NCBI GenBank assembly: GCA_019694975.1
Contig: JAIBAY010000002.1
Coordinates: 197,252-261,251 of the forward strand
From: Chitinophagales bacterium
Lineage (GTDB): Bacteria > Bacteroidota > Bacteroidia > Chitinophagales > UBA10324
DNA: 64,000 bases
Direction: 5' to 3'
Program-made: the position numbers and the translations under genes
The notes under the pieces: model-generated
Told to the model about the DNA's origin: nothing
Databases searched by the model: none
The model's input: the letters and a program-made list of their open reading frames with translations, nothing else
In this document: in pieces, positions 39,505 through 49,451 of the stretch
How positions within the stretch are numbered: position 1 is the stretch's first letter
How the letters are laid out: each line of letters opens with the position of its first letter

Positions 39505-39832
39505 ATTTACTTTCCGGATACGGAATCCTGAACCAATGCACCATCCGCGATCAAATTTGCCAGCGGATAATGTATGGTTCGTTCATCAACGGCTTGAATT
39601 AAAGGCTGCAAATATAAGCATTGAATTTTGTTGCGTGCAATGCAAAATAACAATGCAAACTGAACTTCATCTACAGAAGAACTGACAGCGGTTATATGCA
39701 TGACACATCAGCTGATGGCCGAAGCCGTGAACGCTGCATGAAATATTGATTAAACCGCTGTTAGCATATTATATAAGGCGGGCGGGCTGCCCTTGAATGA
39801 TTTTCCTATTTTTGCGCGTCTAATTTTCTTTC

Positions 39833-41026
39833 ATGGAAGTACTATCACACCGGATCAACAGGCTGGCAGAATCAGAGACTTTGCAAATGGCGAAGCTGAG
39901 CCGGGAACTAAGGAGTAAAGGTTACGATATCATTGACCTCAGCCTGGGTGAGCCGGATTTTCAGACGCCGAAACATATCGGCGATGCAGCAAAGAAGGCG
40001 ATTGACGATGGTTTTACAAAATATCCGCCCGTGGCTGGTTACCTTGATTTGCGACAGGCGATATCTGAAAAATTCAGGCGCGACAATGATCTCCATTTTG
40101 CCCCCGATCAGATTGTTGTAAGCACCGGCGCCAAACAATCTATTGCCAATGTGATGATGGCCATGCTCGATCCGGGCGATGAGGTGATCCTGCCCAGCCC
40201 TTATTGGGTCAGCTATCGCGAAATCATCAAGCTGGGAGAAGGCACCATGGTGCTGATTCCTTCCACCGTTGAAAATAACTTTAAAATCACGCCCGGCGAG
40301 CTGGAAGAAGCAATCAGTCCGCGCACAAAAATTTTCTGCTTTTCATCTCCCTGCAATCCTTCCGGCACGGTGTATACCAAAGAGGAACTGAAAGCTTTTG
40401 CTGATGTCTTTGCCAGGCATCCGGGCATCTTCATTATCTCTGACGAAATCTATGAGCACATCAACTTCACAGGCCATCATGAAAGCATCGCACAGTTTGA
40501 ATCGATGAAAGGACGTGTGGTGGTGGTGAATGGCTGCTCGAAAGCCTATGCGATGACGGGGTGGAGATTGGGTTACATCGGTGCACCGCTTTGGCTGGCA
40601 AAAGCCTGTGAAAAAATGCAGGGACAGATTACTTCCGGCGCCAGTTCAATATCGCAGCGCGCTGCACTGGCAGCCATCACCAGCGACCAGTCGGCTGCAG
40701 ATAATATGGCAGCAGCTTTTCACAAGCGGCGCGACCTGGTACTGAGGTTGCTGGCTGATATTCCCGGCATCGTTGCCAATAAACCGGATGGTGCATTTTA
40801 TGTTTTTCCGGATGTGAGTTATTTCTTCGGCAAATCGAATGGCGAACAGATCATCATGAATGGCGATGACTTCTGCAACTATCTTATCTATCATGCCCAT
40901 GTAACGCTGGTGCCGGGTACCGCATTCGGAAACGAAAATTGCGTGCGCCTTTCCTATGCCACCTCAGAAGATCAACTGACGGAAGCACTGAAAAGAATAA
41001 AAGATGCATTGCAAAAATTGACTTGA
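39833..41026 (+). CDS. PLP-dependent aminotransferase, class I (aspartate aminotransferase-like)
   Basis: 397 aa with ..LSLGEPDF.TP.., ..NPSGTVY.. and ..SKAYAMTGWRLGY.. (PLP lysine region). Confidence 0.9.
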   Translation: MEVLSHRINRLAESETLQMAKLSRELRSKGYDIIDLSLGEPDFQTPKHIGDAAKKAIDDGFTKYPPVAGYLDLRQAISEKFRRDNDLHFAPDQIVVSTGAKQSIANVMMAMLDPGDEVILPSPYWVSYREIIKLGEGTMVLIPSTVENNFKITPGELEEAISPRTKIFCFSSPCNPSGTVYTKEELKAFADVFARHPGIFIISDEIYEHINFTGHHESIAQFESMKGRVVVVNGCSKAYAMTGWRLGYIGAPLWLAKACEKMQGQITSGASSISQRAALAAITSDQSAADNMAAAFHKRRDLVLRLLADIPGIVANKPDGAFYVFPDVSYFFGKSNGEQIIMNGDDFCNYLIYHAHVTLVPGTAFGNENCVRLSYATSEDQLTEALKRIKDALQKLT

Positions 41027-41048
41027 AAGGCACCATAATAAAACTTCA

Positions 41049-42020
41049 TTGAACTTAGAAAAAGTCATAGCACAGTTTAAAGGTTGCAGGATAGTTGTGG
41101 TCGGCGATGTGATGCTCGATGTGTATCTGCGCGGCAGTGTTCAACGCATCTCTCCCGAAGCGCCTGTGCCGGTAGTTACTGTGGAAGAAAAAGAGGAACG
41201 CCCGGGCGGTGCAGCCAATGTTGCGTTGAACCTGCGGTCATTAGGCGCAGTACCGCTGCTATGTGCTGTCACTGGAAATGATGATGCCGCGCAATCCATT
41301 CGACGTATCCTGAAAAATAACGGTATGGCAACGGAAGGCCTGCTTGCTTCGCCAACGAGAGTTACCTCGGTAAAAACAAGAGTGCTCAGCAGGAATCAGC
41401 AGATGCTGCGATATGATACGGAGATAACGGACGAACTGAATGCAGACCTTGAGAAAAAACTGATCGCTAAAGTTTCTGAGATTATCAACAGGCATAAACC
41501 TGCCGCACTCATCTTTGAAGATTACAATAAAGGTGTGCTTACCGAAAAAGTAATTACTCAAATCATTAAACTGTGCAGGGCGAAAAAAATAATTACAGCC
41601 GTAGATCCGAAAAAGAAAAATTTTTTCGCTTATAAAGATATCGACCTCTTTAAACCTAACCTGCGGGAAATCAGGGAGGCGTTTAACGCAGATATCAGTA
41701 AAATCAATAAAGCTACGCTTACTGCCGTCTCAGATAAATTGAGAAAAAAGTTGTCAAACCGGATTACCCTCATCACGCTTTCAGAGATGGGTATCTTCTT
41801 TCACAGCGACAGGGAAGCAGGCATTTTTCCGGCGCATCAGCGCAATATCGCCGATGTATCGGGAGCAGGCGATACAGTAATTGCCGTGATGACCCTCTGC
41901 CTCGCTGCAGGCATTTCATTGCCCCATGCAGCCAGCCTTGCCAATATTGCCGGCGGGCTTGTTTGTGAGTATCCGGGAGTAGTTCCCGTTACAGCCGGCA
42001 TGTTACTGAATGAAGCATAA
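41049..42020 (+). CDS. D-glycero-beta-D-manno-heptose-7-phosphate kinase-like (RfaE domain I / PfkB family)
   Basis: TTG start. IVVVGDVMLDVYLRGSVQRISPEAPVPVV and C-terminal DVSGAGDTV motif. Confidence 0.8.
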   Translation: MNLEKVIAQFKGCRIVVVGDVMLDVYLRGSVQRISPEAPVPVVTVEEKEERPGGAANVALNLRSLGAVPLLCAVTGNDDAAQSIRRILKNNGMATEGLLASPTRVTSVKTRVLSRNQQMLRYDTEITDELNADLEKKLIAKVSEIINRHKPAALIFEDYNKGVLTEKVITQIIKLCRAKKIITAVDPKKKNFFAYKDIDLFKPNLREIREAFNADISKINKATLTAVSDKLRKKLSNRITLITLSEMGIFFHSDREAGIFPAHQRNIADVSGAGDTVIAVMTLCLAAGISLPHAASLANIAGGLVCEYPGVVPVTAGMLLNEA

Positions 42021-42201
42021 AAGCAGCAGATTAAATTTTTTCTCCGCTCTTTATGAAGGCATGTGCAGAACCACCGAATTTTCCGTTTCTACCTGTCCGT
42101 AATTATAAAATGCCTGCCTTTCATTTCTGTATTGTTAATACGGCATTCCGTTACTGAATCTTTTCTGTTATTTTTCCGCCACTATAATTTCATTCTCATT
42201 C

Positions 42202-45021
42202 ATGACGGTATCAAAGAAAAATACGCCTGTAACAAAAAATGATTCGAAGCTTTCGCTGGTGATTCCCTGTTACAATGAAGAACAGCGGATCCCGCAGCTG
42301 GTAAGCGGCCTTCAGGAATTTGTGAAAAGAGGCATCATGAGTTATGAGATTATCATCGTGGATGATGGCAGCACCGATGGTACCGTTCAGGCCATACAAT
42401 CGAATGATTTTTTGAAGCATCAGCTGGAATCAGGGAAATGCATACTCATCAGGCAGGAGAAAAACCAGGGCAAAGGCGCTGCATTAAAGCAGGGAGTTGC
42501 GGCAGCAACCGGCACGCATGTATTAACCCTTGATGCAGACATGTCGTGCCGCCCGGTTGAAATAGAAAAGTGGCTTTCTATCAGCCATAATAAACTGCCG
42601 GTTGATGAAATCATGATTGCCTCACGTGAACATGAGCAATCCAAAATAACAGAAGTATCATCGCGTAGATGGACCGGCAGAATATTTAATTTCTGCGTAA
42701 GACTGCTTACGCCGCTCAGCCACCGCGACACGCAATGCGGATTCAAACTCTATCCTGCAGATATTGCCAAAGAACTCTTTGCCATGCAACGTTCCACCGG
42801 CTGGGCACACGATGTGGAACTTTTATATCATGCCAGGCAAAAGAATATTGCCGTGAACGATATGCCCGTGAAATGGGATGCGCAGTCAGGAAGCAAAATT
42901 TCCCCCCTCAAAGATTCAATGCCGATGTTTTTAAGTGTGCTCGCTGTTTCCATCCGGCTGAAATGGGAATATTATATCACCATGCCGCTGGCACTGATCA
43001 CCAAAAAGAATATTTCAGCCGGCGATACGGAAAAGCAGGATGCGATATTCAGAATGCTGTTCGCGGTTGCGACAGTGCTGCTGTTTTTTATCATGGCCAC
43101 ACTCAGCTTTCAGTTTGGCATCACCGGTGATGAAAGAGTGCAAAAAGATTATGGCGAAAAAGTGCTTGACTATTTTACCACTTTGGGTAAAGACAAAGCT
43201 GCTTTGGAGTTTAAGAACCTCTACTTCTACGGTGGTTTCTTCGATATGCTGTGTGCTGCCGCCAACCGGTATATCGGCATCCTTGATCCTTATGATATGC
43301 GGCACCTGCTTAACGCCGTGTTCGGATTCCTGATGATCTTTTTTGCCGCGTTGATTGCACAAAGGCTTGGCAATTGGCGAAGTGGCTTTATTGCACTGGT
43401 GCTGTTGTCCGTTTCACCACAACTGTTCGGGCAATCTATGAATAACCCCAAAGACATTCCTTTTGCCGCCGCTTACGCCTTTTCCATATACCAGTTCTTC
43501 AAATGGATAACTGAGCTGCCCAAGCCTTCCATCCGCACCTTAATCTATGCTTCGCTGGGTATTGCTGTTGCCATTGGTATCCGGGTAGGCGGCCTCATAC
43601 TCGTAGGAATCCTGCTCGTCTTCCTTGTTACGGAATGGCTGTTCAACAAAAGTGTACGTGAAAAAATCATGCAGCAGGGAGCCTTCCTGCGGCTTGTCAA
43701 ACATGTTATGCTGGTTTCGGCGGCAGGATATTTTGGCGCTCTCCTGTTCTGGCCCTATGGACTGGAAGCACCTTTCACCAATCCTTTTAAAGCATTGAGG
43801 GAAATGCAGAATTTTTCCACCACCATCAGGATACTCTTTGCCGGGAAGCATATCATGTCGAACGAAGTACCGTGGAACTACATACCTACCTGGATCTCCA
43901 TTACCACGCCGCTGATCATTCTTTTTCCGGCAATCCTGATGGTCGCAGCAAGCTTTTTTACGAGGAAGATCTTACGGTGGGAGCACATCATGCTGCTGAC
44001 TTTTGCCATAGTCTTTCCATGGGCTTATGCAGTGTATAAAAAATCTTCTCTGTATGACGGGCTACGTCATTTCCTCTTTATTGTTCCGCTGCTCACGGTA
44101 CTGGCAGCGCTGTTCTTTGAGGTGTTGTTCCGGGCTGCAAAAAATAAGTTGTTGACGGGCGTTACAGCGCTGGCATTGGTCGCCGGAGTTGCGCTCCCAC
44201 TCTCGTGGTCAATCAAAAATCATCCGAATGAATATTGCTATTTCAATGAATTCACCGGAGGCATCAATGGTGCCTATGGAAATTATGAAACAGATTATTG
44301 GATGAACAGTATCCGCGAGACAAGCGAATGGTTTCATCAACAGAACGATTTGATGGGCGGACAAAAGAAAATTACGGTGGCAACCAACTGCATTGAACCT
44401 GTTAAATATTACTTCAGAAATGATACAGCCCGTGTGAACGTGATTTATGTGCGGTATTATTCACGTGCGTCCAAAGACTGGGACTATGGCATTTTCTATT
44501 CCCGTTTCATCGATCAGTCGCAATTGAAAAACAAATCGTGGCCCAACACACATACTATCTATACGGCAAAAGCTGACAATGTACCCTTGAGCATTGTGGT
44601 AGAGAGAAAAGACAAATCCGATTTCTATGCAGTAGCGGCAATGGACAGTAAGAATTTTGCCGCGGCTGATTCGCTCTACTCACTTGCTGTAAAGTATGAT
44701 CCTAAAAATGAAGAAGCATTGGCCGGTCTCGGCACTGCGCAGTTGCAATTGAATGATCCGCAGAAGGCTATTCAGTCCATCACACAATCGCTGCAGATCT
44801 ATCCGGCTAATTTCACGGCGCTAAGCCTGCTTGGACTTGCTTATGCCCAGGCAGGTAAAACGGAACAGGCGATTCAGTTACTGAATCAGTCGCTTCAATC
44901 CAATCCCAATAATCCGCAGGCTTATTATTATCTCGGGTTGATATACCAGCAGAAAGGCGACAATGCAACAGCACAACGGTATTTCGATGTGGTAAAACAG
45001 TTTCAACAGGCTGGGCAATAA
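42202..45021 (+). CDS. Fusion protein: GT2 polyprenyl-phosphate glycosyltransferase, multi-TM GT-C-like glycosyltransferase and C-terminal TPR repeats
   Basis: N-terminus LSLVIPCYNEE..IIIVDDGSTDGT..KNQGKGAALK..LDADMS (GT2, Alg5/GtrB-like). About 12 TM helices follow, with an early-loop ITGDE motif. Residues ~790-935 are TPR-like. Confidence 0.75.
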   Translation: MTVSKKNTPVTKNDSKLSLVIPCYNEEQRIPQLVSGLQEFVKRGIMSYEIIIVDDGSTDGTVQAIQSNDFLKHQLESGKCILIRQEKNQGKGAALKQGVAAATGTHVLTLDADMSCRPVEIEKWLSISHNKLPVDEIMIASREHEQSKITEVSSRRWTGRIFNFCVRLLTPLSHRDTQCGFKLYPADIAKELFAMQRSTGWAHDVELLYHARQKNIAVNDMPVKWDAQSGSKISPLKDSMPMFLSVLAVSIRLKWEYYITMPLALITKKNISAGDTEKQDAIFRMLFAVATVLLFFIMATLSFQFGITGDERVQKDYGEKVLDYFTTLGKDKAALEFKNLYFYGGFFDMLCAAANRYIGILDPYDMRHLLNAVFGFLMIFFAALIAQRLGNWRSGFIALVLLSVSPQLFGQSMNNPKDIPFAAAYAFSIYQFFKWITELPKPSIRTLIYASLGIAVAIGIRVGGLILVGILLVFLVTEWLFNKSVREKIMQQGAFLRLVKHVMLVSAAGYFGALLFWPYGLEAPFTNPFKALREMQNFSTTIRILFAGKHIMSNEVPWNYIPTWISITTPLIILFPAILMVAASFFTRKILRWEHIMLLTFAIVFPWAYAVYKKSSLYDGLRHFLFIVPLLTVLAALFFEVLFRAAKNKLLTGVTALALVAGVALPLSWSIKNHPNEYCYFNEFTGGINGAYGNYETDYWMNSIRETSEWFHQQNDLMGGQKKITVATNCIEPVKYYFRNDTARVNVIYVRYYSRASKDWDYGIFYSRFIDQSQLKNKSWPNTHTIYTAKADNVPLSIVVERKDKSDFYAVAAMDSKNFAAADSLYSLAVKYDPKNEEALAGLGTAQLQLNDPQKAIQSITQSLQIYPANFTALSLLGLAYAQAGKTEQAIQLLNQSLQSNPNNPQAYYYLGLIYQQKGDNATAQRYFDVVKQFQQAGQ

Positions 45022-45074
45022 AATAACCGCAACATCATTCAAACGTCATCTAACAAAACAGCATACTTCCTGTC

Positions 45075-45800
45075 ATGGATCTGAAAGAACTGGAGAGCGG
45101 CGTAAATCCTAAAGTACACTGGTACTACCAGTCAAAAAAGATCCCGCTGATTAAGTATATCAAAAAGGTTTACAAAGAGGCGAATGTTCCGCTCACCATT
45201 GTTGATGTTGGATCGGGTTCCGGCTTTTTCATGTATGAATTACTGGAACAGGTGCCTTCGATGATTGCTAAAATTTATCTTGTTGATATCGGTTACAACG
45301 ATGAAGAGATTGCCGCTACCACAAATCAGGTTGTGGAGAAAACCCGTTCACTTCCACCGGTTATTCAAAATGCTGTGGTGGTGATGATGGATGTGCTCGA
45401 ACACCTTGAAGATGCGCATGGCATGCTTCGGGCTATTAAGAAAAATGCGGCAGGTGACTACAATCATTTCTTTATTACTGTGCCGGCATTCATGAGCCTG
45501 TGGTCGGGGCATGATGTTTATCTCGGGCATTACCGCCGTTACACCTCCCGGTCTTTACGCAACCTATTAACTGATTGCGCTTATCAAAGGCAAAGTATCT
45601 ACTATATCTATGGCAGCATATTTCCGTTGGTATGGCTTGCCAGGAGATTTTCTTCTAAGACCGGAAAGCCGGAATCTGATATGAAACCTTCAGGTCGGCT
45701 GGTGAATGCTTTATTGAAAACCATCTGCACCATAGAAATGCCTGTCCGCCGCGCGAATCTGCTGGCCGGTGTATCCGTTGTTGGCGAGGGAAAGATCTGA
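45075..45800 (+). CDS. Class I SAM-dependent methyltransferase
   Basis: Motif I VDVGSGSGFF and ..MDVLEHLED... Confidence 0.7.
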   Translation: MDLKELESGVNPKVHWYYQSKKIPLIKYIKKVYKEANVPLTIVDVGSGSGFFMYELLEQVPSMIAKIYLVDIGYNDEEIAATTNQVVEKTRSLPPVIQNAVVVMMDVLEHLEDAHGMLRAIKKNAAGDYNHFFITVPAFMSLWSGHDVYLGHYRRYTSRSLRNLLTDCAYQRQSIYYIYGSIFPLVWLARRFSSKTGKPESDMKPSGRLVNALLKTICTIEMPVRRANLLAGVSVVGEGKI

Positions 45801-46201
45801 AAGCAGCAGGTACCACATGATTTGTATGAACAACAAATTCAAACAGCTTTCTGTAATCATAGCTGCTTCTTACAGTCGGAAGAAACAACCCTTTGCAAGC
45901 AGCGATAGCAAACACCTTGCTGCTCAATGAATGAAGTATTCATCATGCTACCTGATATCTTGTTATTCCTGATAAAAACAGATGCGTAACTATGATGCAT
46001 GTTCATTACGTCACGACAATAAAAACACGGCAAATTTATAAGCTGAATTCCTGCTGGATTTATCCACAGAATAAGCCACACAGCACAACGTGTAAATGCA
46101 CGGTGCAGGAAGGAAGGTGAATTTTTTTCCTGAAGTAATTACTTTCATACACTGATTCTTACACCGATGGCTCTTATTCAAATCAAATTCATTTCGTAAT
46201 C

Positions 46202-46867
46202 ATGGCACAACTGCATCCACAAACATTCAGGTTTCTTTCCGGGCTGAAGAAAAACAACAACAAGGAATGGTTTGAAAAAAATCGTCCGCTTTATGAAGCT
46301 ATTAGGGCAGATTTCGTTACGGTGACAGGCGAGATCATCCAGGAAATCGCACGTTTTGATCCGTCAATTGCACAACTTGATGCGAAGAAATGCCTTTTCA
46401 GAATCAACAGGGATATTCGTTTTTCACCCAATAAGGCGCCTTATAAAATAAACATAAGCGCAGTAATGGCGAAAGGTGGAAAAAATGCGCCTACCGCCGG
46501 GTATTATGTACATGTACAGCCCGGTGAATGTTTTGCCGGCGGCGGCATCTGGATGCCTGATGCGGAACAATTGCGTAAAATTCGCCAGGAAATAGACTAT
46601 AATTTCAATGACTTTAAGAAGATCGTGACTGCCAAATCTTTCCGGAAGAGCTTTGGAAGCATCGACACAGCGGCAAAACTTGCCCGACCACCCAAAAACT
46701 ATTTACCTGAAAATCCGGCCATCGAATACCTGAAACTGAAGAGCTTTGTTGCCGGCGCATCACTTGGTGATGAGGAAGTGCTTACTAAAAATTTTGTTAA
46801 ACGCGTTTCCTCCTGTTTCAAAGAAATGTATCCATTTATCAGCTTCCTCAACAAAGCCGTTGAATAG
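46202..46867 (+). CDS. DUF2461 (TIGR02453) family protein
   Basis: ..FRFLSGLKKNNNKEWFEKNRPLYE.. and ..FRINRDIRFSPNKAPYK.. are characteristic of the family. Confidence 0.8.
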   Translation: MAQLHPQTFRFLSGLKKNNNKEWFEKNRPLYEAIRADFVTVTGEIIQEIARFDPSIAQLDAKKCLFRINRDIRFSPNKAPYKINISAVMAKGGKNAPTAGYYVHVQPGECFAGGGIWMPDAEQLRKIRQEIDYNFNDFKKIVTAKSFRKSFGSIDTAAKLARPPKNYLPENPAIEYLKLKSFVAGASLGDEEVLTKNFVKRVSSCFKEMYPFISFLNKAVE

Positions 46868-47163
46868 CGGGACCATTGTATTAACCATGAAACGGTGCTA
46901 TCTGCTCATTCAATTCATCATGAACAGTAAGTATCGCAAAACCAGTAATCTGGAAATTCAGGCTGAAGGTCATTTCCTGAATATGGCTCTTGTATTATCA
47001 CTGTTTTAGCAGGAATGCTGCATTTTATGCACTTTTAGTCGTCAAAAAAAATAAAAACCAACCTTAATGGCAGTCAATCTTCAATAAATCAGCCTTAATG
47101 GCATATAACTTCCGGTGGTATGTGCATTGCTAAGGAGGGCATCAAATCAAAAACTCTAAAGCT

Positions 47164-47610
47164 ATGACACTCGTAAAATTCAAAAATGACATTCATCCGT
47201 TTCAGAAATGGGTGAACGAAACCTTAGATGCATTCAACCGCGATGACTTTGCTACATTAACCGACAACCGCACCTTTGGTTACCTGCCTCCGGTAAATGT
47301 TAAAGAAAGCAAAGATCAGTTTCAGATCGAACTGATGGCACCCGGCAGGAATAAGGCTGATTTCAACATCACCCTGGAAAAAGACATGCTGACCATCTCC
47401 AACAAGATGGAACGCAATGAAGAAGATTCCAATGATAAATGGACGCGCAGGGAATACAGTTTTGCAGCTTTCACCCGCACCTTCAGTTTACCGGATTCAG
47501 CTGACGGCTCAAAGATTAATGCTGAATATGTGGATGGTGTTTTAAAAGTGACCATCGGTAAAAAGGAACAGGCAATCGATAAAGGCGCGATTGAAATCAA
47601 GATTTCTTAA
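47164..47610 (+). CDS. Hsp20/alpha-crystallin family small heat-shock protein
   Basis: ..PPVNVKESKDQFQIELMAPG.., ..FTRTFSLPDSADGSKINAEYVDGVLKVTI... Confidence 0.9.
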   Translation: MTLVKFKNDIHPFQKWVNETLDAFNRDDFATLTDNRTFGYLPPVNVKESKDQFQIELMAPGRNKADFNITLEKDMLTISNKMERNEEDSNDKWTRREYSFAAFTRTFSLPDSADGSKINAEYVDGVLKVTIGKKEQAIDKGAIEIKIS

Positions 47611-47633
47611 GCAGAAAGTTGGGGGTGTTTTAC

Positions 47634-47664
47634 AGGCGATCCGTCTCACGGGTCGCCTTTTTTA
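47634..47664 (+). terminator. Rho-independent terminator
   Basis: Hairpin aggcgatccg..cgggtcgcct followed by tttttt. Confidence 0.6.
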
Positions 47665-47850
47665 TTGTAGCATGGTTGCATCTGCAAAAGATGGCCAATA
47701 ACATGTTTATGACTGGCATCCGCCGTTCCGTTTGCCTTTACCGGTTTATGCACGTATAAATTGATGGCAACCGTCCATTAGTTGCACAATTGATTTGAAT
47801 GATTATATTACAAACACACTTTTTGATTCTATTACAATCATTCAAAAACA

Positions 47851-48243
47851 ATGTACTCACTCATGAAAGCACAATCCATCAGCAAGACCGCAATTCACGA
47901 ACAACCTGTTCTGTTGCCGGAAGAAATCTCCATGCATCCGAAAGCAGTTCTAAAAGCAGAGCATGATGCAATAACGCCTTACCGTTTAGGCCCGGTATTT
48001 TATGCAGGCCGCTCCCCTTTCAAAATAAGGGTGATGATACTCACTTGCTTTGCGGTGGCTGAAGATCATGCCGGAGAAGACGGCTCTTACATCACTTATG
48101 TAGGTTACAAGAAAGAAGCAGATCAGGAATTTGACTTTGATGAAATGATTCCGAGCACCAATGAGGAAGATGCATGGAAGACGCATTCTAAGGCCTGCGA
48201 TTTTTTTGGAAATTCACCACTCTTTGTACCTGCTGCTACCTGA
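47851..48243 (+). CDS. Hypothetical protein
   Basis: 130-aa ORF in an otherwise ORF-free region. No recognisable motifs. Confidence 0.35.
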   Translation: MYSLMKAQSISKTAIHEQPVLLPEEISMHPKAVLKAEHDAITPYRLGPVFYAGRSPFKIRVMILTCFAVAEDHAGEDGSYITYVGYKKEADQEFDFDEMIPSTNEEDAWKTHSKACDFFGNSPLFVPAAT

Positions 48244-48685
48244 TGTATCAGCCAGCTGATAAAGTTTAATCAGCATTTCATCCTGCACTTGATGATGGAG
48301 AAGCCGGGAATTTCAGGAACATTCTTCCTTAAAGCAAGGTCATTAAACTGCCAATTATCTATGCACCTCCGCAGAAAAATTGAATAACACACCAACCGTC
48401 AACTGTTTTAGTCCGTCGTTAAAATACTTACTGCTTTGAAATGCAAAATGCAGGCAGCGTGATTTGTTCCTTTAGTTAAATATCGAAGCTGTTACAAACG
48501 GTGGCCGAAAGAACCATCGAAATAAAACCCGATAACACCTTTTCGTGTTTTGTCGAAGCCCGGAAAGAATTCATCTTCATCAAGGTTGTCTTGGTCTTAT
48601 TTGTTGTATGCTGCTGTAACATTTGAGGCATGAATCCGACTTATTGTAACACAAACAATAATCAATCACCCAAAAAAAGCAGCTT

Positions 48686-49111
48686 ATGAAAAACTCTTCA
48701 GCTTCCAGGATCGCAACAACCGGCATCATGCTGTGTATGTTGCTTCTTTCATCACTTAACTATGCAGTGGTTGCCGCTGTCAAAAGACCATCATCCGATA
48801 TCAGTGCCAGTATCCCGGAACAATGGAAAAGCAATATCATAAAAGAGCAAAATGGAGCGGTCACTTCCTTTTCCCTGGTGAACGGCAATTCAGCACCTGT
48901 GTTTCTGTTTTCGGTAACACAGATTGCAGAGCAGGAATGGATAAAAATGAAAACGCAGATGCCGGAAATCAAAATCATTCAGCATAAGGATGGAATGATC
49001 TATTACAGCTATAAAAATCCAAAGGAAAAAATCAAAGGTGTTAACAGCAGCTTATACAGCCAGGTCTATCCTTACCTTGATCAGATGATCAGCAGCGTGC
49101 AGATCAACTGA
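48686..49111 (+). CDS. Hypothetical exported protein
   Basis: 141 aa with a signal-peptide-like N-terminus, followed by a strong terminator. Confidence 0.45.
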   Translation: MKNSSASRIATTGIMLCMLLLSSLNYAVVAAVKRPSSDISASIPEQWKSNIIKEQNGAVTSFSLVNGNSAPVFLFSVTQIAEQEWIKMKTQMPEIKIIQHKDGMIYYSYKNPKEKIKGVNSSLYSQVYPYLDQMISSVQIN

Positions 49112-49164
49112 TCCGACACCACCATAAAAGATCTACGGCAGAAAAATATCTTTCTTTTTGTGTA

Positions 49165-49203
49165 CTGCAGCCGTTTGTTTACCAATGGCTGCAGTATTTT
49201 TTA
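49165..49203 (+). terminator. Rho-independent terminator
   Basis: Hairpin ctgcagcc..ggctgcag followed by tatttttt. Confidence 0.6.
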
Positions 49204-49451
49204 TCCTGGTAATAAAAATGCACTTCATCAGGTGAATCATATTTTTTGAGCCCTCTGATTTTATTTGAAGTTGTGTTTTCATCCATTGTTTTACACAGTG
49301 CTCTTCGTGAGTCTCTCTGTGTTCTTTGTGTTTGACTTCTCTTTATGTATTGATCATTTCAACCGCAAAGGACACGAAGGATTGCGCAATGATCACAAAG
49401 TGCTATTGGCAGTTCGTTTCAACCCATCAGTTGAACTTGCAAATAAGCCTG

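Noticed and set aside
39507-39701. 64-aa minus-strand ORF upstream of tRNA-Met.
   Set aside because: It has no motif and sits in the likely tRNA promoter/leader region. There is a TATATTTG -7-like box at 39609-39616, but with a ~95-nt leader, so I did not call that as a promoter either.
49294-49403. Imperfect inverted repeat built from cttcgtg/ctttgtg units facing cacgaag/cacaaag units. It vaguely recalls repeat elements I have seen in other Bacteroidota genomes.
   Set aside because: It is a single locus in this window, the pairing is poor, and I cannot verify the recollection. The overlapping track ORFs 49265-49465 and 49326-49556 have no coding signal.
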